From: a virus | Lineage: Duplodnaviria > Caudoviricetes | IMG/VR virus record: IMGVR_UViG_3300037467_000973 | Span: 1-28,811 of that record | DNA length: 28,811 nt | Strand: one strand, 5' to 3' | Part shown: positions 15,738 through 24,845 of the stretch, one piece after another | How the letters are laid out: each line of letters begins with the position of its first letter | Position numbering within the stretch: the stretch's first letter is position 1 | Position numbers and translations under genes: made by a program | Notes under the pieces: model-generated | Seen by the model: the letters and a program-made list of their open reading frames with translations, nothing else | Databases searched by the model: none | What the model was told of the DNA's origin: nothing

Positions 15738-16787
15738 ATGAGTCTGACGACCGTTACGACCAACCTGGTCGAACAGCAGTGGGATAACGACTTCTTCGCT
15801 GCTTACGTCCGCGCCAATCGCTTCAAGCGCTACATGGGCACGGCCACCAACTCGATCATCCAGCTCAAGGAGCAACTTGGCTCCAAGCCGGGCGATCGTA
15901 TCCACATTCCGCTGATCTCCGAGCTGACCGGTGCCGGCCAGACCGGCGATGGCCTGCTGGAAGGCAATGAAGAGGCGCTGGGCCAGTATGAGGATGCGGT
16001 CACCGTGTCCACGCTGCGTCACGCTGTCGCTGTCACCGACAACCAGCAGCAGTTCACGGGCATCGACCTTCGCATCGCGGCGAAGGAACAGCTCCAGAAC
16101 TGGGCAATGAAGAAGCTGCGCACGAGCATCATCAACGCGCTCGGCTCGACCGATGGCACGACGGCGTATGCGTCGGCCTCGGAAGCCAACAAGGACGCGT
16201 TCCTGGTGGCGAATGCCGATCGCGTTGTGTTCGGCGACGGCACCACCGCGGCGGCTTACACCGACCACTCGGCGGACCTCGCCCTCGTCACGTCAGCAAT
16301 GACGATGTCGAAGGAGATCGTCTCGCTGATGAAGGCGAAGGCGGAGAACGCTTCCCCGATCATCCGTCCGGTGACGGTTGGCGAGGACAGCGAAAACTAC
16401 GTCCTTTTCGTCGGTTCGGGCGCGTTCCGTGACCTCAAGGCGGATCTGGCGCAGACGCTCCAGAACGCCCAGGAGCGCGGCGACGGCAACCCGCTCTTCA
16501 ATGACGGCGACCTCATGTATGACGGCGTCGTTATCCGCAAGATCCAGGAAATCCCGGCAACGGGCACGGTCGGCGCTTCGTCGGCCCGCCTTGAGCCGAT
16601 TTACCTGTGCGGCGCCCAGGCTCTCGCGGTTGCGTGGGCTCAGCGCACGAAGAGCACCACCGACACGCGCGACTACGGCTTCGTAAAGGGCGTCGGCATC
16701 CACGAGATGCGCGGCGTCAAGAAGATGTTCTTCAACTCGAAGCAGCACGGCGTCGTCACCGGCTACGTCGCGGCTCTCGCCGTCTAA
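15738..16787 (+). CDS. Major capsid protein (DUF4043 / N4-gp56-like)
   Basis: KPGDRIHIPL...LEGNEEAL...LRHAV...NPLF...LCGAQAL. Confidence 0.92.
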   Translation: MSLTTVTTNLVEQQWDNDFFAAYVRANRFKRYMGTATNSIIQLKEQLGSKPGDRIHIPLISELTGAGQTGDGLLEGNEEALGQYEDAVTVSTLRHAVAVTDNQQQFTGIDLRIAAKEQLQNWAMKKLRTSIINALGSTDGTTAYASASEANKDAFLVANADRVVFGDGTTAAAYTDHSADLALVTSAMTMSKEIVSLMKAKAENASPIIRPVTVGEDSENYVLFVGSGAFRDLKADLAQTLQNAQERGDGNPLFNDGDLMYDGVVIRKIQEIPATGTVGASSARLEPIYLCGAQALAVAWAQRTKSTTDTRDYGFVKGVGIHEMRGVKKMFFNSKQHGVVTGYVAALAV

Positions 16788-16793
16788 CGAACT

Positions 16794-16824
16794 GAGGGGG
16801 CGGGGCAACTCGTCCCCTCTTTTT
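16794..16824 (+). terminator. Intrinsic terminator after capsid
   Basis: GAGGGGGCGGG-GCAA-CTCGTCCCCTC followed by TTTTT. Confidence 0.85.
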
Positions 16825-16837
16825 CAGGAGCCGAAAC

Positions 16838-17041
16838 ATGGCAACGCTCAAACGCTCGATCACCGGGTCGAATGTCGATCAGACGGACTTGGTCCGCCTC
16901 CTCGGCAATATGAAGGACGCGATCAACGCGCTGATTTCCGACCACAACACGCTTCGCGCCAAGCTCAATGCGGACGCCGGCGTGACCGATACCAACTACG
17001 CGGCTTCGACCGCATCCACGGTCAAGCTGACCAAGGGCTAA
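16838..17041 (+). CDS. Small virion protein (head decoration/fibre-like)
   Basis: SD AGGAG; coiled-coil INALISDHNTLRAKL; flanked by terminators. Confidence 0.7.
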   Translation: MATLKRSITGSNVDQTDLVRLLGNMKDAINALISDHNTLRAKLNADAGVTDTNYAASTASTVKLTKG

Positions 17042-17044
17042 CTC

Positions 17045-17072
17045 GGGCGGGGGCTTCGGCCTCCGTCCTTTT
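17045..17072 (+). terminator. Intrinsic terminator
   Basis: GGGCGGGGGC-TTCG-GCCTCCGTCC followed by TTTT. Confidence 0.85.
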
Positions 17073-17088
17073 CTAGCGGGAGCGGCCC

Positions 17089-17412
17089 ATGACGAAGGCT
17101 GAATTGAGAGATCATGCCCTTCGCCAGATGGGCGTCATCGGTGCTGCTGAGGAGGCCTCGGCCGAAGACGCGGCGTTGATGGAAACGATCATCGACAACT
17201 GCCAGGACGAGCTTGAGCAGATGGAGGTGGCCCTGTGGCCCGTGGACGACGTTCCGGGCTACGCGATCGAGAGCTTCACGCACTACGTGAAGGCGTCCTG
17301 CACGGCGTGGGGGCAGGATTACGACCCTCGCCTGAAGGGCCTCGCACTGGCACAGCTTCGCACGGTCACGGCAGACCGCCGCTCAGGCGTGGGCAGGGCT
17401 GAATATTTCTAA
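17089..17412 (+). CDS. Head-tail adaptor (P22 gp4-like)
   Basis: MTKAELRDHALRQMGVIGAAEEASAED; ends AEYF; position. Confidence 0.8.
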   Translation: MTKAELRDHALRQMGVIGAAEEASAEDAALMETIIDNCQDELEQMEVALWPVDDVPGYAIESFTHYVKASCTAWGQDYDPRLKGLALAQLRTVTADRRSGVGRAEYF

Positions 17413-18809
17413 TGGGCAACCTTACGCTGGTCGGCCCGTCCAATGCCGTTCTAACGAAAGTCGATAGCCAGCGGTCGATCAACTGGTTTCCCGTCAAGCC
17501 GGAGGCGGAGAACGCCCGTCCCTACCTTCGCGGGCGTCCGGGGCTGGATTTGCTCTGCACATTGCCGAAGGGGCCATGCCGCGGGCGACTGGAGATGAAC
17601 GGGCGGCTGTTCGTGGTCGCCGGCTCGTCAATCTATGAGCTATATTCGGACGGCACCTATCGCGAGTGGGGGCGGATTGCCTCGGTCGAGGGCAAGGTCT
17701 CGATGGCCTTCCTCCTGCAAGTCATCGTGATCGGCGACGGCTCGGGCTATTATGCGCTGGATCTGACTGCCGGCACGGTGGATGCGATCACCGATGCGCC
17801 ACGCGGGCGGTTCTGCGTCTTTCGCAACCAGCGCATTCTATACCAGGGCGAGAACGGGCAGGTCTTCTACTCCGAGCTCAACGACCCGACCAACATCCCC
17901 GGCCTCAACTTCTTCACCGCCGAAAGCCTGCCTGACGAGATCGTGGCGATCACCACGTCCGAGGATTTGGTGTTCCTCCACGGCTCGGATTCGACCGAAG
18001 CCTGGTATGACTCGGGCGACAGCGACAACCCGTTCCAGCGAGTGCAGGGCGGCGTCATGTATTCCGGCTGCGGGTTTGCCGACACGGCCCTGCGGCTCGA
18101 CAATTCCTCATGGTGGGTTGAGACCGACAAGGACGGGACTGGGATTGTTCGGAGGACGCAGGGCGCGACCCCGATGCGGGTATCGACCTCCCCGGTTGAA
18201 TCCGCGCTGAAAGGCGCTTCGGAAGTCTCGGCTTATTCCTACCAAGAGGACGGCCACGCCTTCTTGGTCATCAACATCGACCGCATTCCGTCGTGGGCTT
18301 ACGACCTCAAGGAACAGGAGTGGCACGAGCGGGCGTGGCTCAACGAGGATGCGGGAGAGCAAGAGCGCCCACGCCCTGAGCTGTGCGCCTTCGCGTTCGG
18401 CTCACACATCGTCACCGACTACGAGAACGGTAACGTCTATCGGCAGAGCCTCGATTACCTGTCGGATGACGGCAACGAAATCCGCCGCACGCGCGTAAGC
18501 CCGCATTCCGGGACTGACGGCAAGCAGATCATCATCGACGAGCTTTATCTGGACTTCGCTACCGGCGTCGGTCTGGATGGAACGGGCCAAGGCACTGATC
18601 CCGAAGTCATGCTCCAGGTGTCCAAGGACGGGGCAAGCTACGGCATCGAGCGCACCGCCAAGCTCGGCAAGATCGGCCAGTATCGCAACCGGGTGAGGTT
18701 TCATCGACTCGGGCTAGGCACGGATTGGCTGCTCAAGATCAGTGTGTCCGATCCCGTGGTTACTGCGCTGATGGGCGGCGACGTGGTTGCGCGAGTGGGC
18801 CGCAGATAA
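17412..18809 (+). CDS. Tail hub / DNA stabilisation protein (P22 gp10-like)
   Basis: 465 aa; AESLPDEIV, YQEDGHAF, WAYDL...WHER, VMLQVSKDG, SVSDPV. Confidence 0.9.
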   Translation: MGNLTLVGPSNAVLTKVDSQRSINWFPVKPEAENARPYLRGRPGLDLLCTLPKGPCRGRLEMNGRLFVVAGSSIYELYSDGTYREWGRIASVEGKVSMAFLLQVIVIGDGSGYYALDLTAGTVDAITDAPRGRFCVFRNQRILYQGENGQVFYSELNDPTNIPGLNFFTAESLPDEIVAITTSEDLVFLHGSDSTEAWYDSGDSDNPFQRVQGGVMYSGCGFADTALRLDNSSWWVETDKDGTGIVRRTQGATPMRVSTSPVESALKGASEVSAYSYQEDGHAFLVINIDRIPSWAYDLKEQEWHERAWLNEDAGEQERPRPELCAFAFGSHIVTDYENGNVYRQSLDYLSDDGNEIRRTRVSPHSGTDGKQIIIDELYLDFATGVGLDGTGQGTDPEVMLQVSKDGASYGIERTAKLGKIGQYRNRVRFHRLGLGTDWLLKISVSDPVVTALMGGDVVARVGRR

Positions 18810-19258
18810 TGGCCGGACGCGACTTCCCGATCCGCCTCGACCTGGTGAAATTGGGGCTGCCGGAGCGCACGATCCAAGTGCTTGAGAAGGCGGCGTTGAT
18901 CGTTTCGACGATCGAGCGGGTAACGGGAACGGAAACCAGCCTCGACACGGTGAGCGGGCAGATCGACACGCTCAATGACGCAGTCGAAGATGCAAACCTG
19001 TCGCTGACGAGCCTCGACACGCGGCTGGACGCGATCGAGACGCTGCAACCGTTCGTCAGGCAGGACCAGACTTCCGCGTGGTCAGCCGCCACAGGGACTG
19101 AAGCGCGGACGGCTTACGCAGCTTACGCGGGGCAGACGGTCAGCAACCCGCCGACGCAGGCCGAAGTCCAGACGATCGACGATGCGGTGAAGGCGCTAGG
19201 GCAGCATCTCGCGGCGCTGATTAACGATCTTCGCTCGAACGGGACGATCCACGAGTGA
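18809..19258 (+). CDS. Tail needle-like coiled-coil protein (gp26 position)
   Basis: ATG 18809 (TAATG); heptads LDTVSGQIDTLNDAVEDANLSLTSLDTRLDAIE. Confidence 0.72.
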   Translation: MAGRDFPIRLDLVKLGLPERTIQVLEKAALIVSTIERVTGTETSLDTVSGQIDTLNDAVEDANLSLTSLDTRLDAIETLQPFVRQDQTSAWSAATGTEARTAYAAYAGQTVSNPPTQAEVQTIDDAVKALGQHLAALINDLRSNGTIHE

Positions 19259-19677
19259 TTTACCGGGCGACCGACGCCGCCATTCACAATGCCATTGCCA
19301 ACCACCCCAAAGTCAAGCCGACCATCAGCTACACCGAGGAATACGCGGACTTCACCCCGCTGCTCGATCATCCCGATCAATACGTCCTGCTGCACGACGA
19401 AAACGGGGCAGCGTCCATCTTCGAGTGGTCAGCTCCGGATGTGTGGCAGGGCCACAGCATGTTCCTCCCGCAAGCGCGCGGACGGGCCGGAATCGAGTCC
19501 GGCAAGGCCATGATTGCGTGGATGTTCGACCACGGCGCGCGGATGATCTGGGGGCAGACCCCGCTCGATAACCGGGCAGCACGAATGTTCAATCGCCTGA
19601 TCGGCGCAAAGCCAAACGGAACCGGCGTTCATCACGTCGCCGGGCCGGTTCAATACTTCATTTTCGAGAGGGAATAG
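19255..19677 (+). CDS. GNAT-fold virion assembly protein (P22 gp14/DUF2824-like)
   Basis: HSMFLPQARGR...NRAARMFNRLIG; position between needle and ejection genes. Confidence 0.78.
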   Translation: MIYRATDAAIHNAIANHPKVKPTISYTEEYADFTPLLDHPDQYVLLHDENGAASIFEWSAPDVWQGHSMFLPQARGRAGIESGKAMIAWMFDHGARMIWGQTPLDNRAARMFNRLIGAKPNGTGVHHVAGPVQYFIFERE

Positions 19678-19679
19678 GA

Positions 19680-20288
19680 ATGCCAGCAGGTGCAATTGGC
19701 GGCGCGCTCTTGGGCGGCGGCTCAATCCTTGGCGGTATCCTCGGCGGCAAGGGCGCGAAGAAGGCGGCCAAGGCCCAAGTTCAGCTTGGTCGCGAAGCCC
19801 TCGATCTGCAAAGGCAGATGTTCGAGGAGGGGCGCACCGATCTTGCGCCGTGGCGCGAAGCTGGCGGTCAGGCAATCGGACAGGGCCTCGCCATGCTCCA
19901 GCCCGGCTACGATTACACCGCCTCGCCTGGATATCAGTTTCGCTTCAACGAGGGTCAGCGGGCGGTAGATTCCTCCGCTGCTGCCAAGGGCATGTTGATG
20001 AGCGGCGGGACACTTAAAGATTTAACCCGTTTCGGACAGGGCGTGGCAGCGGCGGACTTCAACGACCAGTTCAATCGCGTGATGTCGGTTGCTGGCGGGG
20101 GACAGCAAGCGGCCACATCAACCGCCGGCCTCGGTCAGAACTATGCCAACTCTGCTTCTGGCATCCTCAACAACATCGGGCAGGCCAAGGCATCGGGTTA
20201 TGCTGGTCAGAACCAAGCCGTCCAGGGCACGCTCGGCAACCTCGCGGGACTCTATGGCATGGGCGCATTCAAAGGGTTGGGCTTCTAA
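19680..20288 (+). CDS. DNA ejection protein (gp7-like)
   Basis: Gly/Ala-rich; PGYQFRFNEG...SAAAKGMLMSGGTLKDLTRFGQG. Confidence 0.85.
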   Translation: MPAGAIGGALLGGGSILGGILGGKGAKKAAKAQVQLGREALDLQRQMFEEGRTDLAPWREAGGQAIGQGLAMLQPGYDYTASPGYQFRFNEGQRAVDSSAAAKGMLMSGGTLKDLTRFGQGVAAADFNDQFNRVMSVAGGGQQAATSTAGLGQNYANSASGILNNIGQAKASGYAGQNQAVQGTLGNLAGLYGMGAFKGLGF

Positions 20289-21026
20289 ATGGCGTTCGAT
20301 CCACAAGCTTTCGCCCCTGCCGACATCGTTGGGGCCTACGGCAAGGGCCTGCAAGTCCGCCAGATGCAGCAGGAGCAGGATAACAAGGCCCGCTTGGCCG
20401 ATCTGCTCCCGCAGGCGGTTCACGGCAATCAGCAGGCGATCGACCAGATTGCGCAGATCGACCCGCAGCTGTTCATGCATCTCGACGATCGGCAGAAGCA
20501 GCAGGCGCAGGCCGAGCTTCATGACGTTTCGAGCGCCGTCCGTTGGGCGCTAAGCGATCCGAACCAGAAGGCGCAGCGCTGGAATCAGGTTGTCGATTAC
20601 TACAGCCAGCACGTTCCACAGGTGGCGCAGTATCGCGATCACCCGGAGATGGCTGAAACCGCCCTGTTGCAGCTCGGGCAGATCGGCGAATACCTCAAAG
20701 GTGCCCAAGGCGGCGAACCGACCACATTCCAGCGGGACTACCAGTTCCTCCAGAGCAAAGACCCCAAGCTTGCCGATCAATATCTGCATCAGCACGCGGA
20801 AGGTGCTCCGCTCGTCGCGAACAACGGCGACGGCACGTTCACCATCATCCCCCGCGGCTATTCGGGCGGCGCTCAACCCTCGGCCAATATCCCGCAGGGC
20901 GCGATCGACTTTCTGAAGTCCAATCCCGCCCTCAAGAGCCAGTTCGACGAGAAGTATGGCCCAGGAGCAGCCGACAAAGTGCTAGGAGGTCAGATGGGCG
21001 CCGGCCCGTCTGGCGGCTTTCTCTAG
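20289..21026 (+). CDS. DNA ejection protein (gp20 position)
   Basis: Q/A-rich helical protein; C-terminal IPQGAIDFLKSNP...FDEKYGPGAA motif. Confidence 0.75.
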   Translation: MAFDPQAFAPADIVGAYGKGLQVRQMQQEQDNKARLADLLPQAVHGNQQAIDQIAQIDPQLFMHLDDRQKQQAQAELHDVSSAVRWALSDPNQKAQRWNQVVDYYSQHVPQVAQYRDHPEMAETALLQLGQIGEYLKGAQGGEPTTFQRDYQFLQSKDPKLADQYLHQHAEGAPLVANNGDGTFTIIPRGYSGGAQPSANIPQGAIDFLKSNPALKSQFDEKYGPGAADKVLGGQMGAGPSGGFL

Positions 21027-21366
21027 GGCATTTGACGCGATTATTCAGCAGGAGTCCGGCGGCAACGGGACGGCTGTGAGCAGCAAGGGCGCGCTCGGCT
21101 CGACGCAGATGCTCCCCGGAACCGCTCGGCTGATGGCTGACAAGCTCGGGCTTCCCTTTCGGCCCGATCTGCTGCGGTCCAACCAGCCAGAAGCGCTTCA
21201 ATATCAGCGGCGCCTTGGCGAGGCTTACTTCCAGCAGGGCTTGGACGAGACCGGCAATCTCGTGGACGCCTTGCATTATTACCACGGCGGCCCGGATCGT
21301 CGCCAGTGGGGACCGAAAACACGCGCTTACGCTCGGGCTATCATGGCTCGCATCGGGGGATATTAA
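21019..21366 (+). CDS. Lytic transglycosylase (SLT) domain lacking its own canonical start
   Basis: FSRAFDAIIQQESGGNGTAVSSKGALGSTQMLPGTA...ALHYYHGGP...TRAY; catalytic ES (21052-21057) lies upstream of first GTG (21076). Confidence 0.85.
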   Translation, partial: FSRAFDAIIQQESGGNGTAVSSKGALGSTQMLPGTARLMADKLGLPFRPDLLRSNQPEALQYQRRLGEAYFQQGLDETGNLVDALHYYHGGPDRRQWGPKTRAYARAIMARIGGY

Positions 21367-24104
21367 TGCCCAATCCGTTCGATCAGTTCGACCAGCCTTC
21401 GCAGGCTCCCGCGATGTCGGGGCCGGTGACGGTTGGCACTCCGCGTCCGGACAAGCCCGAACTCCGCCAGGTTGGCAACTCGCTTGGCCTCGTGGACAAG
21501 AATACCGGCCACTTCACTCCGACCTATACTCCGCCCAAAGACGAGACCGCGAAAGATCCCAACGGCACGCAAGGCATGGCGGCTGGCTTCTATGGTCGCG
21601 CGCTCTTCGCGAACAAGAAATATGGCGACGGCCTTCCGCCCCGCGATGCACTGTCGCAGGGCATCCTCGACGCCCTCCCGACGAGCATTTCAAACTCGCT
21701 CAGCGGGCATGACCGCCAGCTCGCCAATACATACGCCCGCGACTTCGTTGCCGCCACGCTCCGCAAGGAATCTGGCGCGGCGATCAGCGAGCAGGAGTAT
21801 CAAAACCAATACGTCCGCTACTTCCCGCAGCCCGGCGACTCGCCCGATACAATCAAGGCCAAGGCGCAGCTTCGCGAGACGGCCATTCAGTCTCTCCGCG
21901 ATCAGGCTGGGCCGGCGGCATCCTCGGCTGATGAAAACGTCCAGAAGATGCTTCAGGGCGACGCCAGCGGCTCGGATCGTGAGTTCGGAAACCACGACAG
22001 CCACGGTGAGCTGACGCCGGAACAGCAGGCCCGCGACCAACAGTTTATCGCGTCAAACCCGACGCCCGAGCAATATGCTGCATTTCTCGAAGGAATGCTC
22101 GGCAAGAAGGTCGATCACGCACTCGCGGCTGAACGCTTGAAGCTCACGCTGGCGGGCGGGGCGTACAATCCCGGTGTCGTCGATCCTCGTGTTCAGCAGC
22201 GCGTCGATCAGATGCAGCAGGAAGGTGGCGGTGGCGGCGCAGCATTCGTCGCTGGCGCGGCCGATGCTGCCGGCCTTGGGTTGTCGGATGAGTTCGGTGC
22301 CGGAGTCAGCGCTCTTGGGCAGTCGCTATCCGGTCAGGGATCGTTTGGCGATAATTACAACGTCGATCTCCAGGCCAATCGCCAGTATCAGCGCGGCCTT
22401 CAGAACGATAACCCGCTACCGTATCTCGGCGGGCAATTCGTTGGCGGCGCAGCCCTGCCTGTGGGTCGAGCGACGAGCCTTGCGGATCTGGCGAAAGCCG
22501 GTGTGGCCTACGGCGGAGCTTATGGCGTAGGCTCTGGCGAAGGCCTCAGTGGACGCCTGACGGGCGGTGTTACCGGCGCCGCTGCGGGCGGAGCGATCGG
22601 CGCTGCCACGGGCGGCCTCAGCCAGCTTTTGCGCGGCAAGCAAGCCGCCGCTGTCCCCGACTTGGTCGATCCGGTCAGCGGAAGACTGAATGAGCCGCTT
22701 GAGGCCATGAGTCCCGGCGGGCGCGTCGCTTCGGCCAACGATCTTGGAATCAACCTCCCAATGGGTGCTGCGACGGATCGTGGCGGGGCGATCATCGAAA
22801 AGGGGCTGGACAACCTCCCAGGCTCGGCCGGCGTGATGAATGACGCCCGCCGCACTGTCGAAGGTCAGGTTTCGGACGCGGCAGAGAATGTCGCAAGCAA
22901 GTTCGGTTCATCGCGCACGCTCAACGAGGCCGGTTCGGAGCTCCAGCGCGGAGCGATCGAGCGCAACGACCGTGCCGATGCGTTGATCACCAAGGCTTAC
23001 AACCGCATCCCGATCGCGGACACCGCCCCCGCTTCAAACTCCAACACTGTCGGCACGCTCCAGCAGCTCACTGGCCGCTTCGAGTCCAATCCTGAACTCG
23101 CCGGGATGGTCAAGGACCCGCGCCTCGAAGGCTACATGAACGCCATCCAGAAGGGTGGGCTTAGCTGGAAGGACATGAAGGACTTCCGCACGCTGATCGG
23201 CGAGAAGATCGGCGAGCTCAGGGTTGGCGAAGACAGCCGCACAAGCGACCTACGTTCGCTTTACGGCGCATTGTCCGAAGATATGCGGGCGACGGCCAGC
23301 GCTCAGGGCAACGGCGCACTGAAAGCCTTCGAGCGTGCGAACAGCCTCAACCGCGAGAACGAACAACTGGTCCAGGGCGCACTGACCCGCATCCTGGGCA
23401 AGGACGGCAATCTCGCGCCGGAAAAGGCGGCTGCGGCAGTCCAGGCGATGACCAAGGGCGGCAAGGCGACCGGGGACATCAGGACGCTTGCCCAGATCAA
23501 GGGCGCGACAGTCAAGAGCGGGGCCTGGGATGAAGTCGCGGGAACGCTGATCCGGCTCGGCGGACAGCCTGCTAACAGCCCCGGACGTTCGTTCGATCCG
23601 GGCACGTTCGTTCGCTGGTATGCCGACATGAGCGAGCCGGCGCGCAGGCTGCTGTTCAAGCCGGAGCTGCGCCAGACCCTCAACCAGTTCGTGGCGGTCA
23701 ACCAGCGCCTCGCTGGCTCGAACGCGCTTCGCAATACCTCGAACACGGTTCCGGGCTTCATCGGCACCGGATTCGCCGGGGGCGCGGGTATGGCGGCAGC
23801 GTCGGGCAATTTGAAGATGCTGCTGGCGATCGGCGCAGAGGCCGCGGCCAACTACGGCATGGCTAAGGTGTGGACCAATCCCGGTTTCGTCAAATGGGCC
23901 ACTGGATTTGCCAAGGCCAATTCGCAGGGCGCGGCGAGGGCGCAGATCGGACGGCTTGCGAAGCTCGCGACGACCAACCCGGAGTTGCGCGAGGGGCTGA
24001 TGGCGATCCAGCGCAAGCTGCTGGAATCGGCCAACGACAATTTCACACCGCGCGCTGTGGCCTCAGCTCCCGACCAGGGACAGCAGGACGAAAACCGCCC
24101 CTAG
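21366..24104 (+). CDS. Large DNA ejection protein (gp16 position)
   Basis: ATG 21366 MPNPFDQFD; LRKESGAAISEQEY...YFPQPGD; Gly/Ala-rich hydrophobic segments; 912 aa. Confidence 0.85.
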   Translation: MPNPFDQFDQPSQAPAMSGPVTVGTPRPDKPELRQVGNSLGLVDKNTGHFTPTYTPPKDETAKDPNGTQGMAAGFYGRALFANKKYGDGLPPRDALSQGILDALPTSISNSLSGHDRQLANTYARDFVAATLRKESGAAISEQEYQNQYVRYFPQPGDSPDTIKAKAQLRETAIQSLRDQAGPAASSADENVQKMLQGDASGSDREFGNHDSHGELTPEQQARDQQFIASNPTPEQYAAFLEGMLGKKVDHALAAERLKLTLAGGAYNPGVVDPRVQQRVDQMQQEGGGGGAAFVAGAADAAGLGLSDEFGAGVSALGQSLSGQGSFGDNYNVDLQANRQYQRGLQNDNPLPYLGGQFVGGAALPVGRATSLADLAKAGVAYGGAYGVGSGEGLSGRLTGGVTGAAAGGAIGAATGGLSQLLRGKQAAAVPDLVDPVSGRLNEPLEAMSPGGRVASANDLGINLPMGAATDRGGAIIEKGLDNLPGSAGVMNDARRTVEGQVSDAAENVASKFGSSRTLNEAGSELQRGAIERNDRADALITKAYNRIPIADTAPASNSNTVGTLQQLTGRFESNPELAGMVKDPRLEGYMNAIQKGGLSWKDMKDFRTLIGEKIGELRVGEDSRTSDLRSLYGALSEDMRATASAQGNGALKAFERANSLNRENEQLVQGALTRILGKDGNLAPEKAAAAVQAMTKGGKATGDIRTLAQIKGATVKSGAWDEVAGTLIRLGGQPANSPGRSFDPGTFVRWYADMSEPARRLLFKPELRQTLNQFVAVNQRLAGSNALRNTSNTVPGFIGTGFAGGAGMAAASGNLKMLLAIGAEAAANYGMAKVWTNPGFVKWATGFAKANSQGAARAQIGRLAKLATTNPELREGLMAIQRKLLESANDNFTPRAVASAPDQGQQDENRP

Positions 24105-24179
24105 CGACCACGCGCGCCACCGCCGCGGCGTCAGAAGCCCGACGACCAACAGCAACAGCCCGACTTGCCAGAGCTTCAC
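24063..24179 (-). CDS. 38-aa membrane protein, candidate superinfection exclusion factor
   Basis: Hand translation MKLWQVGLLLLVVGLLTPRRWRAWSLGAVFVLLSLVGS; candidate promoter TTGGTC-17-TAGTCA ending 6 nt before GTG. Confidence 0.6.
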   Translation of the reverse strand: MKLWQVGLLLLVVGLLTPRRWRAWSLGAVFVLLSLVGS

Positions 24180-24206
24180 CAGCCCTGACTAGCAAAGGAA
24201 TGCCTA

Positions 24207-24845
24207 GTGACCAAGGTTCTTTGGTCCTCGTTTCAGCAGCTCTTCGATGAATACGGAGACGTGCTGAACGGGGGCAAAATCCAGACCGACGCCGGCGGCA
24301 CGACCACCCCCAAGGCGACCTATACCGACTCCACCGGGAATGTCGCCAACGCGAACCCGATCGTCCTTTCGGCATCGGGCCGCAAGACTGGCGGCATCTG
24401 GGTCAACAAGGGCGAGGCTTACAAGTTCACGCTGCTTGCCAGCGACGACACGGAACTCGACGTGATCGACAATGCGGTGGTCGGGGAAGTTGCGACCACG
24501 GATACCCAGCGGCTTCTCATTTCGATGACCTATTGCGGCACTCCCGGCGCGCAGGGCTTCATGGGCGGCGCTGAAATCCTCAACACCGCGACCATTGCCG
24601 TGGACTTCGATGGGGCATCGGGCAGTGTCCAGACCAACCCGGCAGCCGATTACGTCATCTCAATCAAGAAGAACGGGTCCGAAGTCGGCACGGTTACAAT
24701 CGACGCGTCCGGCGTGTTCACATTCGCGACCTCGGGCGGGGCAACCGTCCCCCTGGCCTTCGGCGATACGCTTGCGTTCATCGGCCCCGATTCCATCGGA
24801 ACGGCGGCCGACTTCACCATCACTCTCGCGGCAGACCTCGCATGA
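24207..24845 (+). CDS. Tail fibre/spike attachment protein
   Basis: GDVLNGGKI...AGGTTTPKATYTD...ANANPIVLSASGR N-terminus typical of podophage fibre anchors. Confidence 0.78.
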   Translation: MTKVLWSSFQQLFDEYGDVLNGGKIQTDAGGTTTPKATYTDSTGNVANANPIVLSASGRKTGGIWVNKGEAYKFTLLASDDTELDVIDNAVVGEVATTDTQRLLISMTYCGTPGAQGFMGGAEILNTATIAVDFDGASGSVQTNPAADYVISIKKNGSEVGTVTIDASGVFTFATSGGATVPLAFGDTLAFIGPDSIGTAADFTITLAADLA

